DNA from: Candidatus Kapaibacterium sp.
GTDB taxonomy: Bacteria; Bacteroidota; Ignavibacteria; OLB7
Direction: 5' to 3'
DNA length: 64,000 bases
Assembly: GCA_035539855.1 (NCBI GenBank)
Contig: DATLHO010000169.1
Coordinates: forward strand, 23,883 to 87,882
The notes beneath the pieces are model-generated. The model had not been told where the DNA came from, did no database searches, and saw nothing but the letters and a program-made list of their open reading frames with translations. The translations under genes and the position numbers were made by a program. Positions 31,973 to 42,800 of this stretch are shown piece after piece. Position 1 is the first letter of the stretch; each line of letters starts with the position of its first letter.

Positions 31973-34234
31973 ATGAAAATCCTCCAATTGATGTTCCTGA
32001 TGCTTGCCTGCGTCGTCACGACGTCGGCGCAGACGCAGTGGGAATTCAAGCTCGACCAGGAAGTCTACAACCCGATCCTCTCGCCTGATGGATCGCGCCT
32101 CGTGTACTTCACCGAAGACGATTCATCGGTCGCGCACTGCGTCGATGTGGCTACCGGCAAACACGCGTGGTCGCGCACGCTCAACGACTTCGACAACTTC
32201 CAGGTCGGCCGCTTCGTCGGCAACGACACCGTGCTGCTCGGACAGCAGACCCGCTTCGAGTTCGTCAACGCGAAGAACGGCTCGGTCTTCGACACCGTCG
32301 CGATCGCCGGCGACTCGTGGGACGAGCTCGTCTGGAACAACACCGCCGACGCCGAGCACGACACGATCCGTCCCTACTTCATGGGATCGGTCGGCATCTT
32401 CTACTTCGACGACGGCATGCAGATCCTCGATCTCTCCGGCGCGAAGCTGATCTATCAGACCGAGGAGTCGCCGAGCGCGCTCAAGTACAAGCAGTGGGAG
32501 ACGGTGCTGATGATCAACCCGACGAGCGGAGCCGACACGCTGTACTTCGTCGACGTCGAGAAGAAGAAGGTGGTCTACAAGGCCGACAAGGACGGTGACG
32601 ATCTGAACTCGAGCGTCTACCAGCCGTTCGCGATCTCCAACGGAGAGCTCATGCTCTTCAATGAGGATAACATCCAGAGCGTCGACCTGGCGACGAGCAA
32701 GCTGAACGCGACGATCGACATCGATCCGGATGATCCCGAGTTCTATTCGCCGGTGATCTTCAAGGAGGCGCTCTACCTGATGGTCAGCGACGAGGGTGTG
32801 CAGTCGCTCTACAAGACGAAGACCGGAGAGCTGCTCTGGAAGACGAAGGAGGGAGACATCGCCGGCGTCGCCGAACAGCTCGTCGAGCTGCCGAACGACG
32901 AGGGATTGCTCTACGCCTACGACGATGACGGGCGGATGATGATCTACAAGGTCGGCATGAAGACCGGCAACATCATCTGGAACCGCCACATGTTCACGCA
33001 GGACGGCGAGTTCGAGACCGGGCACAAGCAGGGCAACCAGCTTCTGGCGACGCTCGGCAAGATCGCGCTGAGCATGCTCACAGCCTACGGCAGCGGCGGC
33101 AGCGGCGGCCGCTGGGGGCACAACCCCTACACCGGCATGATGGAGTATCGGCCCGGTTTCGGTTCGAGCATGCACGACCGCCGCGTGCGCCAGGAGAACA
33201 TCCGCCGCGCCAACGAGATGTACAACTCGTGGATCAACACCGAGAAGAAGAGCGACGGCTACACCGCGCTGCTCGAGATGAAGGATGACCAGGCGATCTT
33301 CGTCGCCGGCGGTCTCGTCTACTCGCCGGCATCGAAGGGCGACGCCGACAGCTACAACGGCGAGGGACTGATCACGCTGAACCTGAAGGACGGCTCGGTC
33401 GTCTCGAACCAGGCGGTGCCGCTGATCGCGCTGTCGGACAAGGACAAGTTCAACGCGGTGCAGGACATCAACATCCGCAAGCTCGACTCGACCGACGCGC
33501 GCGCGCTCATCGGCGTCAACGACGTGTACATCGCACGGCTCGACAAGATCGAGCGCTTCAGCTTCGGCGAAGAGGCGATCACCTTCATCAACTCGAGCGT
33601 GCGCGAGGTGACCTTCCGCGCCAACCACGACGACGAGTACTACGACTACTGGCGCATCGACGCGTCGGTCACGCCGGCGAAGAAGATCCTGCTGGCACGC
33701 ACGTGGGTGCCGAACCTGCTGTTCATCGACAGCACGGTCGAGGTGAAGACGACGCTGAAGCTGGAGGAGGAGCAGTGGCAGGGATATCCTCTGATCACCG
33801 GCGACGTCAGCGATGCGTCATTCGTCAATCCGAAGTGGACCCTCAACGAGGATCAGATCGACGAGTTCCAGGTCGGTGATCTCGGCGAGGATGTCAAGTT
33901 CGACAACCGGATCCAGGGCGTCATGCAGCACGGTGCCGACGTCTACATGCTCGGCAGCGACGCGATCGGCTTCATCTCCGGCGACGGCAAATGCAAGTGG
34001 GCGCACGAGTGGGCGCCGGATTCGACGGAGCTGAAGTCCGGCTTCACGATGCTCGACCGTGCGTTCATCTACGCCACCGGCGGCAGCTCCGCGGTGGTGA
34101 TGGCGGGGTGCCCGAGCAAGGAGCTCAACAAGAGCCACATCGACTTCAGCGACACCGAGATCCTTCACAACAAGAAGGACCGCGCCGTGATCGTCGACAC
34201 CGACGAGGGAATCATTCGCGGCTTCGCACTCTGA
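31973..34234 (+). CDS. Secreted PQQ-like beta-propeller repeat protein (753 aa)
   Basis: Signal MKILQLMFLMLACVVTTSAQ. Recurrent A-x-D-x-x-TG-x-x-x-W repeats (VDVATGKHAWSRTL, KTKTGELLWKTKEG, GMKTGNIIWNRHMF) as in BamB/PQQ propellers. Start ATG 31973 inside the longer ORF. Confidence 0.6.
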   Translation: MKILQLMFLMLACVVTTSAQTQWEFKLDQEVYNPILSPDGSRLVYFTEDDSSVAHCVDVATGKHAWSRTLNDFDNFQVGRFVGNDTVLLGQQTRFEFVNAKNGSVFDTVAIAGDSWDELVWNNTADAEHDTIRPYFMGSVGIFYFDDGMQILDLSGAKLIYQTEESPSALKYKQWETVLMINPTSGADTLYFVDVEKKKVVYKADKDGDDLNSSVYQPFAISNGELMLFNEDNIQSVDLATSKLNATIDIDPDDPEFYSPVIFKEALYLMVSDEGVQSLYKTKTGELLWKTKEGDIAGVAEQLVELPNDEGLLYAYDDDGRMMIYKVGMKTGNIIWNRHMFTQDGEFETGHKQGNQLLATLGKIALSMLTAYGSGGSGGRWGHNPYTGMMEYRPGFGSSMHDRRVRQENIRRANEMYNSWINTEKKSDGYTALLEMKDDQAIFVAGGLVYSPASKGDADSYNGEGLITLNLKDGSVVSNQAVPLIALSDKDKFNAVQDINIRKLDSTDARALIGVNDVYIARLDKIERFSFGEEAITFINSSVREVTFRANHDDEYYDYWRIDASVTPAKKILLARTWVPNLLFIDSTVEVKTTLKLEEEQWQGYPLITGDVSDASFVNPKWTLNEDQIDEFQVGDLGEDVKFDNRIQGVMQHGADVYMLGSDAIGFISGDGKCKWAHEWAPDSTELKSGFTMLDRAFIYATGGSSAVVMAGCPSKELNKSHIDFSDTEILHNKKDRAVIVDTDEGIIRGFAL

Positions 34235-34256
34235 TCGCGAAGAAGGTCTGACTGTC

Positions 34257-34287
34257 GAGGCCCCGGATGCACTGCGTCCGGGGCCTC
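34257..34287 (+). terminator. Terminator-like hairpin
   Basis: gaggccccgga-tgcactgcg-tccggggcctc, 11-bp stem directly after the 31973-34234 stop. Weak T-tract. Confidence 0.55.
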
Positions 34288-34357
34288 TCGCTTTCCGGCA
34301 CTCCAGATGCAGGGAGATTCATCGCAGATCATCATCAAGCGCACGAGGCGCACGACC

Positions 34358-34810
34358 ATGGCATCGGTTCGCGATCAGGCGCGCGCGCTCGCGCGCATCC
34401 TCGACAGTGCGTTCGAGGTTCCGGGTACACGCTTCCGCATCGGACTCGATCCGATCATCGGGCTCATCCCGGGCATTGGTGATCTGCTCGGCAGTGGCTT
34501 CTCGGCGTACATTCTCTGGCTCGGCGCCCGCGCCGGCGCGCCCGTGCCCGTGCTCGCGCGCATGTTCGTCAACGTCGCGGTCGAAATGATCGTCGGCACG
34601 ATCCCGCTCATCGGCGACCTCTTCGACGCCGGCTGGAAGGCGAACCAGCGCAACGTCGATCTGCTGGAGGACTACCTCGACAATCCGCGTCGCGCGACCG
34701 CGACGAGCACGGTGTTCACCGTGCTGGCGATCGTCGCGCTCATCGCGCTCGTGGCCGGAACGATCTGGCTCGCGGCGCGCATCATCACGTGGATCTTCGG
34801 CGCGCTTTAA
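34358..34810 (+). CDS. DUF4112-family membrane protein
   Basis: GLDPIIGLIPGIGDLLGSGFSAYIL…IGTIPLIGDLFDAGWKANQRN motif pattern recalled for DUF4112, with a C-terminal TM helix. Confidence 0.6.
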   Translation: MASVRDQARALARILDSAFEVPGTRFRIGLDPIIGLIPGIGDLLGSGFSAYILWLGARAGAPVPVLARMFVNVAVEMIVGTIPLIGDLFDAGWKANQRNVDLLEDYLDNPRRATATSTVFTVLAIVALIALVAGTIWLAARIITWIFGAL

Positions 34811-34895
34811 TGCACCGACGGACGATCGCGACCGTGACGAGTGGCACGCTGACGCGTGAACGACGGCCGGCCCCACATACTTCGCACCCCGAGAG

Positions 34896-35372
34896 ATGGA
34901 AGACTTCGGATCGATCATTCAGGCGACGCTCACTCCGGTCACGCTGATTTCCGGCGTAGGGCTGCTGCTGTTGAGCATGGTCAACCGCTACAACCACGCG
35001 CTCGACCGCGTTCGCCAGCAGCTCCGTGAGCTGCACACGCGATCCGAGGCCGAGCGCCAGAAGATCACCTACTCGATCGACATCATCTACGCGCGCTGCC
35101 GGCTGATCCGGCGCGCGATTCTCTGCGTCGCGATCAGCGTCGTCGCAAGCGGCGCGATCGTGTTGCAGACCGCCGTCGAGGCGCTCTTCGGATTTCAGGC
35201 CTTCGCGGTGAAGGCACTGCTCCTCGTCGTCTCCATCGGCCTCGTCGTCGTCGCCGCGATCCTCTTCGTCATCGAGATCACGTATTCGCTCCGTGCGCTC
35301 GAGATCGAGATGGAGGACGAGATGGTGCCGCGCAGCATGCTCTCGATCAGCCGGCGCCGCCGGGCTCAGTAG
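34896..35372 (+). CDS. DUF2721-like membrane protein
   Basis: N-terminal …LTPVTLISGVGLLLLSMVNRYNHALDRVRQ and two further TM helices. Assignment from memory of the family consensus. Confidence 0.5.
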   Translation: MEDFGSIIQATLTPVTLISGVGLLLLSMVNRYNHALDRVRQQLRELHTRSEAERQKITYSIDIIYARCRLIRRAILCVAISVVASGAIVLQTAVEALFGFQAFAVKALLLVVSIGLVVVAAILFVIEITYSLRALEIEMEDEMVPRSMLSISRRRRAQ

Positions 35373-36499
35373 CGCAGCAGCGCGGCGGCGGGCGCATCGT
35401 TCGGCAGTCGCTCGTGCACCGTGCAGAGGGTGCCCGAATTGCGCACGACGTTGTTGACGGCGCGGCCGAGCGGCTCGACGCCGAGGCCGCCGTAGTGCGC
35501 GCCGATCGCGCGATGATGATCGTCGGTCGCGATGAACAGCGTGCCGATCTGACCGGTCGACGAGCGATCGGCGATCTCGAGCGTGTCGAAGAGCGTTGTG
35601 GGCGTGCCTGCGTTGCGGCGCAGGCGATCGACCGCGTCGGCGTTGCCGCGCAGCAGGGTGGGCGCGACGAGATCCCACGCGCGCCGATGCAGCAGCGCCG
35701 TGGTCGTCGTCACACCGACGCCGCCGGCGACGACCGACGGGTACGTGCTGACCGAACGGTACATCGCGCGCGCCTCGGCTACGCCTGCGAGCACCAGCGG
35801 CGCGCCGCTGGACCCGATGATCCCCATCAGGCGGCGATCGATGGCGTGGAGGAATCCCTCGAACTCCCGCTTCGCGCGCTCGCGCCGGCCGGGACTTCCA
35901 TGGAACACGCCACCCGCCTTTCGATGACTTCCTCCCGCGCCCGCGGAGAGCGCGGTGCTCGCGGCGGTGTGCATCTGCGACGCGCGCTCGAACTTGAGCG
36001 TCGCGAGATACTCGTCGAAGGCCGCCGGAATAGTGCCGAGCGACTGTTCGATCATCGACTGCCGCGTCGCGCGGAACAGCCGGACCTCGCGACGATCGAT
36101 CGCGAGAATGAAGAACGTGCCGTCGTCGACAGCGAGCTCGACAAGCGGAAGCAGGTCGAAGCACGTGTCGACCCGCACCATCTCGGGGATGTCGACGGGC
36201 AGCCGGTACATTCTCAGAAGCTCGGGTGCGCGGAAGATCACGACGCCGTGCTCGGGGTCGCGCCACAGCTCGCGCTGGCCGGCAAGTGACTCGAGCGGCC
36301 GCATCACGTCGTCGACAAGCTTCTCGTCGCCGATCCTCTCGTGCAGTACCCCTCTCGCGATGCGAACCAGGTTGCGCGCGCGGGTCATGTCGATCCGGAG
36401 CCCGGATCCGGCATGCCTCGGCGGCAGGTAGATCGAAATGCAGGCCGGCGAGGTCACCGCCGCCAGGCTCGTCAGATCGTCGCGGGTAAAGCTCACCAT
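35366..36499 (-). CDS. Conserved hypothetical protein (377 aa), possible eRF1/Dom34-like (bacterial aeRF1-family) fold
   Basis: Pattern DDL…PxxSIYLPxxRxG…LWRDPEHGVVIFRAPELLRMYRLP…TFFILAIDRREVRLFRAT… resembles widespread bacterial release-factor-like unknowns. No GGQ motif. Low-confidence family call. Confidence 0.5.
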   Translation of the reverse strand: MVSFTRDDLTSLAAVTSPACISIYLPPRHAGSGLRIDMTRARNLVRIARGVLHERIGDEKLVDDVMRPLESLAGQRELWRDPEHGVVIFRAPELLRMYRLPVDIPEMVRVDTCFDLLPLVELAVDDGTFFILAIDRREVRLFRATRQSMIEQSLGTIPAAFDEYLATLKFERASQMHTAASTALSAGAGGSHRKAGGVFHGSPGRRERAKREFEGFLHAIDRRLMGIIGSSGAPLVLAGVAEARAMYRSVSTYPSVVAGGVGVTTTTALLHRRAWDLVAPTLLRGNADAVDRLRRNAGTPTTLFDTLEIADRSSTGQIGTLFIATDDHHRAIGAHYGGLGVEPLGRAVNNVVRNSGTLCTVHERLPNDAPAAALLRY

Positions 36500-36730
36500 C
36501 GCTACTCCTCCGTCTCGGTTCGTCTACGACTCATTGTGACGGTTCGTGAGTGAACTTAGGCGCGTCCGGGCGGCAGTATCCTGACAGGAATCAGAATCCG
36601 GAGCATCATCGCAGCGCTCGGCCGCCACCACGCGTCGTGAGCGCGCCGTATCGTACTTTCCGGCAGGCATGTCACGCAGCTCTTCCTCCGGGGCGTTGAC
36701 GCGCGAGTCTCACCGACGTGCACGCTGCCG

Positions 36731-37300
36731 ATGTCGAACGCCGATCCCACGCTCCTCTCCGCCCGCCTCTGCTCGGTGTGCTCCGTCGAAAGCCACCGGG
36801 GCAATCGTCGCTACGAGCTGACGCCGGTCGTCGTGCTCGAGCCGAGCGACGAGCTCATGCGCATGATCGTCGGCGTCTGCAACGAGCCTGTCAACTACGC
36901 CGCCCTGTTCCAACGTGTTCTCGACGGCCGTCCGTACGCCGTTGCCGACGCCGAGCGATTCATCGCGTGGGGATCGCAGGGGTGGGAGGAGGGAACGCAC
37001 TTCGTCTACCTGCTGCTCGACGAGGAGCGGAAGGTCGCGGGGGCGATCGACATCAAGTCGCCGTCGATCGAATCGGCGGAGATCGGCTACTGGCTGGCCG
37101 AGGCGCACAGCGGCGTGATGACCAACACCGTCGAGCTCGTCGCGACGCTGGCGCGCGACGCCGGGTTCCGCGCTCTGCACGCGCTCGTGCGCCCTGAGAA
37201 CGTGCGCTCCGAGCGCGTCCTGCTGCGGGCCGCGTTCACGCATGCCGGACAGACCGAGCGTGGCGGCACGCTCTTCAATCGCTTCGAGCGTCCGCTCTGA
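36731..37300 (+). CDS. GNAT-family N-acetyltransferase
   Basis: 189 aa. Acetyl-CoA-binding-like β-strand/helix segment (VAGAIDIKS…AEIGYWLAEAHSGVMTNTVELVATLARDAGFRALHALVRPENVRSERVL). Confidence 0.6.
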   Translation: MSNADPTLLSARLCSVCSVESHRGNRRYELTPVVVLEPSDELMRMIVGVCNEPVNYAALFQRVLDGRPYAVADAERFIAWGSQGWEEGTHFVYLLLDEERKVAGAIDIKSPSIESAEIGYWLAEAHSGVMTNTVELVATLARDAGFRALHALVRPENVRSERVLLRAAFTHAGQTERGGTLFNRFERPL

Positions 37301-37321
37301 TCACACACCCATTGACCGCTC

Positions 37322-37876
37322 ATGCAGGGACGACGACTGATCGAGCTCTTCGAGGAGGACCAGCGCGCGCGCGCCCATCACCCGACCTACGGAACCGAGG
37401 AGTATCGCGAGCTGCGCCGCGACGACGCCGCGCGCCGCGATGAGGCGCGCGACCTCATCGAGCACGTCGACCGGCTCAGCGGCGAGGAGCTGTACTGCGC
37501 GGCGATGCTCTTTCAGCATTCCGACGACGTCGACGACGTGCACACGGCGCACACGCTCGCGCGCCGCTCGGCCGAGTGCGGGTACCGTCCGGCGCGCTGG
37601 CTCGCCGCCGCGTCGCTCGACCGCTGGCTGATGTACCAGGGCCGGCCGCAGAAGTACGGCACCAACATCGTCCCCGACGGCCGCCGCCAGCGCGTCTGGG
37701 ACGTCGACCCGCGCACCGGCGACGACGAGCGCGCGATCTGGGACGTGCCGCCGCTCGAGGAGATGCTCCGGCGCGCCGAGCGATTGACGCAGAGCGAGCC
37801 GATGCCGCCGATGAGCGAGGCGCCGCCGTGGCTTCAGCAGGCGATCGAGCGCTGGCGAGAGACGGAGGGGTGGTAG
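37322..37876 (+). CDS. Hypothetical protein (184 aa)
   Basis: Complete ORF, acidic/Arg-rich. No recognised domain. Confidence 0.45.
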   Translation: MQGRRLIELFEEDQRARAHHPTYGTEEYRELRRDDAARRDEARDLIEHVDRLSGEELYCAAMLFQHSDDVDDVHTAHTLARRSAECGYRPARWLAAASLDRWLMYQGRPQKYGTNIVPDGRRQRVWDVDPRTGDDERAIWDVPPLEEMLRRAERLTQSEPMPPMSEAPPWLQQAIERWRETEGW

Positions 37877-37985
37877 AGCCGGCGAACGCTTGCATGTGAC
37901 CGATCAGCCCTGTACGTTGGCCTGCGCGGCGATATGACGCGCGCATGTTCCCATCGACGGTTGGACCGCAGCCTCAGCAGGTCTC

Positions 37986-39860
37986 ATGATGTCCGTCGCA
38001 AGTGTCCTCTCCCGGCCCTTACGCATCGCGCGGATCGGTTTTTCGGTCGCGCTGGGTGCCGCTGTGCTGCCGGTTATTACCGCCGCCCAACAGTCATCGA
38101 TCGACCCGCTTGCGCCGGGTGCCTGTCAGATCTCTCCGAGTGGTACGCTCGAGGGGTGGCTTCCGGCGGCCGGTGCGGTGACCGAAGAATACGGCCGAGG
38201 GGTCTTTGCTGTCGGTGATGCGAACGGCGACGGTCTTGGCGACTGGGTCATCGAGCATTATTTGTCTGACACGCTATACGCCAACCCTAGAAGCGGAGTC
38301 AAGAACTACGGTAACGAACTGCTTCTCTACTACGGTGTAGAAGGAGGCCACCCTGCCGCGCGCTCAGGTCGCCGTCTCGGGCCAACAGAACGATCGACGT
38401 TGAGTACTTTTCTTGGCGCCGGTGACTGGGACGGAGACGGTCATCGCGACGTCGTGTTGTTTGAGCACAGTTTATTCGATACCAGCTCGGGCAACGTCCG
38501 CGAATCGGTGATTGGCAACGTCGTCACTTACTGGGGCAACGCTTCCGGTGCGTTGTCGAACGACGACACGACGCGTCTCTCCTGCGGCGTCGAGTGGTGG
38601 ATAGAGCCACAGTGGATCGATGGCCGCCTCGGCCAGGACGCCGACGGAGACGACATCGACGATCTCGCGATCATCTCGCCCAACGATGGCTTCGCCGACG
38701 GCAGCCGGCGTCCGATCCCACGACTTCATGTGTTCACCGGCGGCCGCACACGCTGGCGGGGCAAACCCGGCGCCAATCGAGCCTCGACGGTCATATGGAA
38801 TCTGCCCGATATCGGTCTCGATCGCTGGATCGCGGGACAGTGGATCGACCACGACCGTGACGGCGCCCTCGACCTCGCTCTGCGCTACGACGTCTATGCA
38901 TCACCGGCTTCGGTTGCCGTCGTGTACGGGCGCCGCGGAGGAGAGCTCGATTCCACCGCGATGGAGTCGCTCACGCTGAGCGGCGATAGCATCGGGTACT
39001 CGCCAAGGTTCATCGACGTGACCGGCGATCGGGTGCCGGAGCTCGTCATGGCCACCGGCGAGCTCTCGACGATCCGCATCTACCTCGGACTTCGTGGCCA
39101 GCGGCTCAAGAAACAGTTCGGCTCCGGTCTGGAGCCTCCGAATCCCGGCGCTGCGGAGTACTGGGGGCGACCTTGGGCACAGATCATGTTGCCGCGAGCC
39201 CTGTCGCCCGATTGGCCGTTCGGTGGGTACGGTCCGATCTTCGATCTCGGAAATCTTGGTCGCGACGATGTCGACGATATCGCTTCGTTCGCGCGACCCT
39301 ACATCACTGTCTACAACGGAGGCAACCGCCTCGACAGCCTAGTCGACGGTTTGGTCGACGTGCCGGAGACCGACATGCTTCCCGGATTTTTCCGCAACGT
39401 CGTCTGCCGTCTCGGCGACATCGACGGAAGCGGTGTCGAGACGATCGCGGTCGGCTTCGGCGGCGCGAAGTACGAAGGCTCCTACCGGCATGGAGCGGTG
39501 CTGTTCTTCAAGCCGAGCTGGTGCGTGCCGCGCGAAGGACGCTACCGCGAACTGCCGCCCGGCACCGATCGACCCGCCCTGGTCGACGAAAAGGCGCTCG
39601 CGGCCGCGGCAGGCGACGAACTCGAATTCTCGATCTCACCGGTTCCCTCCGATGGACCGATCACTGCGCGCTGGGCTCCGCGTGCCGGCGCGGCAGTCAT
39701 CACCGTGAGTGACGCACTCGGCCGCGTCGTGTATCGAAGCGCATCGTCATTGATGCTCGCGAGCACGAGCGTCGACCTCGCCGGGTTGCGTCCTGGAACG
39801 TACCTCGTCACCCTGACCACCGGTCAGCTCCGCAGCTCCCGCCCCCTCGTCGTTCGATAA
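37986..39860 (+). CDS. Secreted FG-GAP/VCBS-repeat protein with T9SS-type C-terminal sorting domain
   Basis: Signal peptide. Repeated Ca-binding-like DxDxDG motifs (GDANGDGLGDWVI, GDWDGDGHRDVVL, DADGDDIDDLAII, DHDRDGALDLAL, GDIDGSGVETIAVG). CTD …ELEFSISPVPSDGPITARW…VITVSDALGRVVYRS…GLRPGTYLVTLTTGQLRSSRPLVVR. Confidence 0.75.
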   Translation: MMSVASVLSRPLRIARIGFSVALGAAVLPVITAAQQSSIDPLAPGACQISPSGTLEGWLPAAGAVTEEYGRGVFAVGDANGDGLGDWVIEHYLSDTLYANPRSGVKNYGNELLLYYGVEGGHPAARSGRRLGPTERSTLSTFLGAGDWDGDGHRDVVLFEHSLFDTSSGNVRESVIGNVVTYWGNASGALSNDDTTRLSCGVEWWIEPQWIDGRLGQDADGDDIDDLAIISPNDGFADGSRRPIPRLHVFTGGRTRWRGKPGANRASTVIWNLPDIGLDRWIAGQWIDHDRDGALDLALRYDVYASPASVAVVYGRRGGELDSTAMESLTLSGDSIGYSPRFIDVTGDRVPELVMATGELSTIRIYLGLRGQRLKKQFGSGLEPPNPGAAEYWGRPWAQIMLPRALSPDWPFGGYGPIFDLGNLGRDDVDDIASFARPYITVYNGGNRLDSLVDGLVDVPETDMLPGFFRNVVCRLGDIDGSGVETIAVGFGGAKYEGSYRHGAVLFFKPSWCVPREGRYRELPPGTDRPALVDEKALAAAAGDELEFSISPVPSDGPITARWAPRAGAAVITVSDALGRVVYRSASSLMLASTSVDLAGLRPGTYLVTLTTGQLRSSRPLVVR

Positions 39861-39888
39861 CTCCTTCCGCAACGAGTTCGAGTTAGCC

Positions 39889-42800
39889 ATGACACCCCAC
39901 CCGCGATTCACCTCGGGCCCATTGGCCCTATTCCTCTTTGTTGTGTTTCTCGCGCCATCGTCCGGCAAGGCGCAATCGAGCGGACGCTACCGCAATTTCC
40001 ATTACGACTCCACGTTCCACATCGGCAGCCATAACCTCAGCCTCGTCAGGCTCGCGAAGGACACGATCGGCTTCGATTTCAATTACAACTACGCCGCCGA
40101 CCTGGCCGGCATCCGCGCACTGCTGAACACGCCCGACAGTCTGCTCACCTGGGGCCAGATCTACGAGAAGCGATACTATCTAGCAGCCGACACATGCTCG
40201 TTCGGGCTCATTTTCACACCGAGCCGCTTCAAAGCGCTGGAGGGGGAGAGCAGCGATGGCGCGCAGGGGGGTAGCTTTCGATGCCAGGACAATTACGTTC
40301 GTGGGGACGCCAACCTGCAGCTCCTCGACTATGCCGACGCGCCGCCCGCAAGTGGTATCTGGGCTAGCGCCATCGACGGTCAGGTAAGCGCTCTGGAGAT
40401 TCCGAAACTCGCTTCGCCTGTGAATCAGACAATCATAACGATGCCCCGGTATGTGTCGACTCTAGGACTTCACCTGCCAAGCACGAAATTCTACGACAGC
40501 GCTACGATGGGTGACCATCACCTGGGACCGGACAGCCTCCGGTATCGATTCAAGATCGGTTTCCATATCGTAGCTCCGGACATCATTGAAGTCGATCCGA
40601 CAGACACGATTGCGTACGCCACGTTCTATCAGCGTGTCGATACGTTGCAGGGTCAGGAAAGCACGGACTGCCGCTGCCGGATCTATGAGCCGTTCGAAAC
40701 GCTCGTCGTCACGCGAGCCACATACTTAGACAATGACCTTTCACCGCTGGTTGGTGGGGTTGAAGGCAATTACCGGGACGTTAGTAGGTGGATCGATATC
40801 CGCGGCGGGTGGTACCATCCCGCGCCGGGCCAGTCGTTTCGGTCACGCCTCGGAGACTGGCTTGGAAGCCTCAATGCAGGTCCATGCACATCCATCGGCC
40901 CGCAGCGCACCTGTGCCTCGCTTCTGCTGTGGCTCCGCGACACACTACAGATCCTGGACCCCGGCTCGCTGTCACTTTCAGACGATGCCCTTGAATCCGA
41001 TCTGATCTTTAGCTTCACCACGACACGCCGCACGAAAATCAGGTACCTCAGAAGCCGTGTATCGTCGCACGCGTTCGAGGCGCTCCAGGCCGGTACACTT
41101 GACGACTGGCTGAAGGAGGAGATCGCTCTCTTTTACACGGACAGCGTTCTCGCCCCCATGCGGCGGCAACTCCTACGCTTCGGCGTTTACGACGAACCGC
41201 ACTGGCCGATGTATCCGGCGAACCGACTGCTCGCGCTCAAGCTCCAGGACTTCATCGAGGACGACAGCGCGGGCGACCGCCGCGGTCTCTTCCAGAACCC
41301 TACTACTAGCTTCGACAGTTATCGCACGTTTCTCGGTGATCTGAATCCCAACCAGCGCAAGGCCATTCACCAGATGTCGCGTCAGCTCTTCAACGTCATC
41401 GGGGGGCCCGTGCCGGTGCGATATGCCAACCCCGATTTCATGGATGATGCGGCCCTCGAGTCATTCTACGCGCCGAATGGCACCGCGGGCTTTCCCAAGA
41501 TGATAGCGCTGACCTCGCCGACTGATTACCAGGCGTATCTCTATCGCACGCAGAAGTACGCCTTCGGTAAGTATTTCGACCACAACAATAACGACCTGCC
41601 TGACTCCGCCCAGACGACAGTCAAAGGCGCCCTCGTTCCAATGCTCGGTCGCTTGGTCGACGTCGGCAGATTCAAGTATCAGAATCGCGTTCGCGACAGC
41701 GTTCCGATCTGGAACGTCGTGCAGACGTCGGGCTGGCTTCCCGAAGCCGGCAACGTGGAGGATACGCTCGGGTACCGCGGCCTATGGTCGCAGCGGCTCG
41801 TCACGCCTGAAGAGGTGGCGGCTCAATGCTGGCTCTCGCTCAACGCGGGCGTCCAGGGTCTCGAATTCCAGGAGCCGGCGTTCGACGGGCCGAACGTCGG
41901 CTACGTCGATCAGTTCCTTGGGACCGGCCGCGTCAAATGGGCGCTACCGTTCGATTCGCTCGGCAACGGCGAGTATGACACCGCCACAGCGAGCCATAGC
42001 AAGTTTTGGGAGGGGACGCCGAAAACTCAGTGGCGATTCCCGAAGATGTGGCTCGGCTTTCGTACGCGGTATCTCGCAGTCAAGCGTATCATCGCCGAAC
42101 TCCGCAGAATCGATACCGTCTACTCGAGATTGTACTATCGCAAAGAGCAGATCTCAATTTTCGATACGCGGCAATCCCTCGACACGTTCCCGTTGGTTCA
42201 GTCACTGCAGACGCGGCTTGCGCGACGATTCCCGAACAGCAGCGGCGGCTTTGGCGATTCAACAGTGGTCGATGCGCGCGATTCGACCTATCTCGAGCTG
42301 ACACATCTCTATCCGGGTCCGCGTGATACCGTCGCCTTCCGTCGCGGTGCACGATATCTGGTTCTGACGAATCGCCGCACGTGGCCGATCGATACGCTCA
42401 CGTACTCCAGCCGCACGACCCAGTACGGATCTGCGACGCGCGGTTATGGAAACATCGACGTCCGCCGGCCCCTCGTCGTCCTCAAGAACACGACAGGAGT
42501 CATTGCCGACAGTTTCTTCGTCGAGAAGGTCGGCTACGAGTCGACAACAAGGGACACGGCACGCTTCGGGGACACCGTCGTCCTCGGCTGGCTCGAGCCT
42601 GGCTGGGGAGCACTGTATCGAATCACGCCGTTGCCGAGCGGAGTCTCACAGGGCGGCACCTCGTACAACAACGTCATTCACAGCATCAATCCGTCGACTC
42701 GTGACAGCGTTTGCGATCGCCTCGTCGTCTACGAGAAGGACTCGATCGTCTACCTGCGTGCGGTCGATTCGACCGGCAAATGGAGTCGCCCGTGGCGTAT

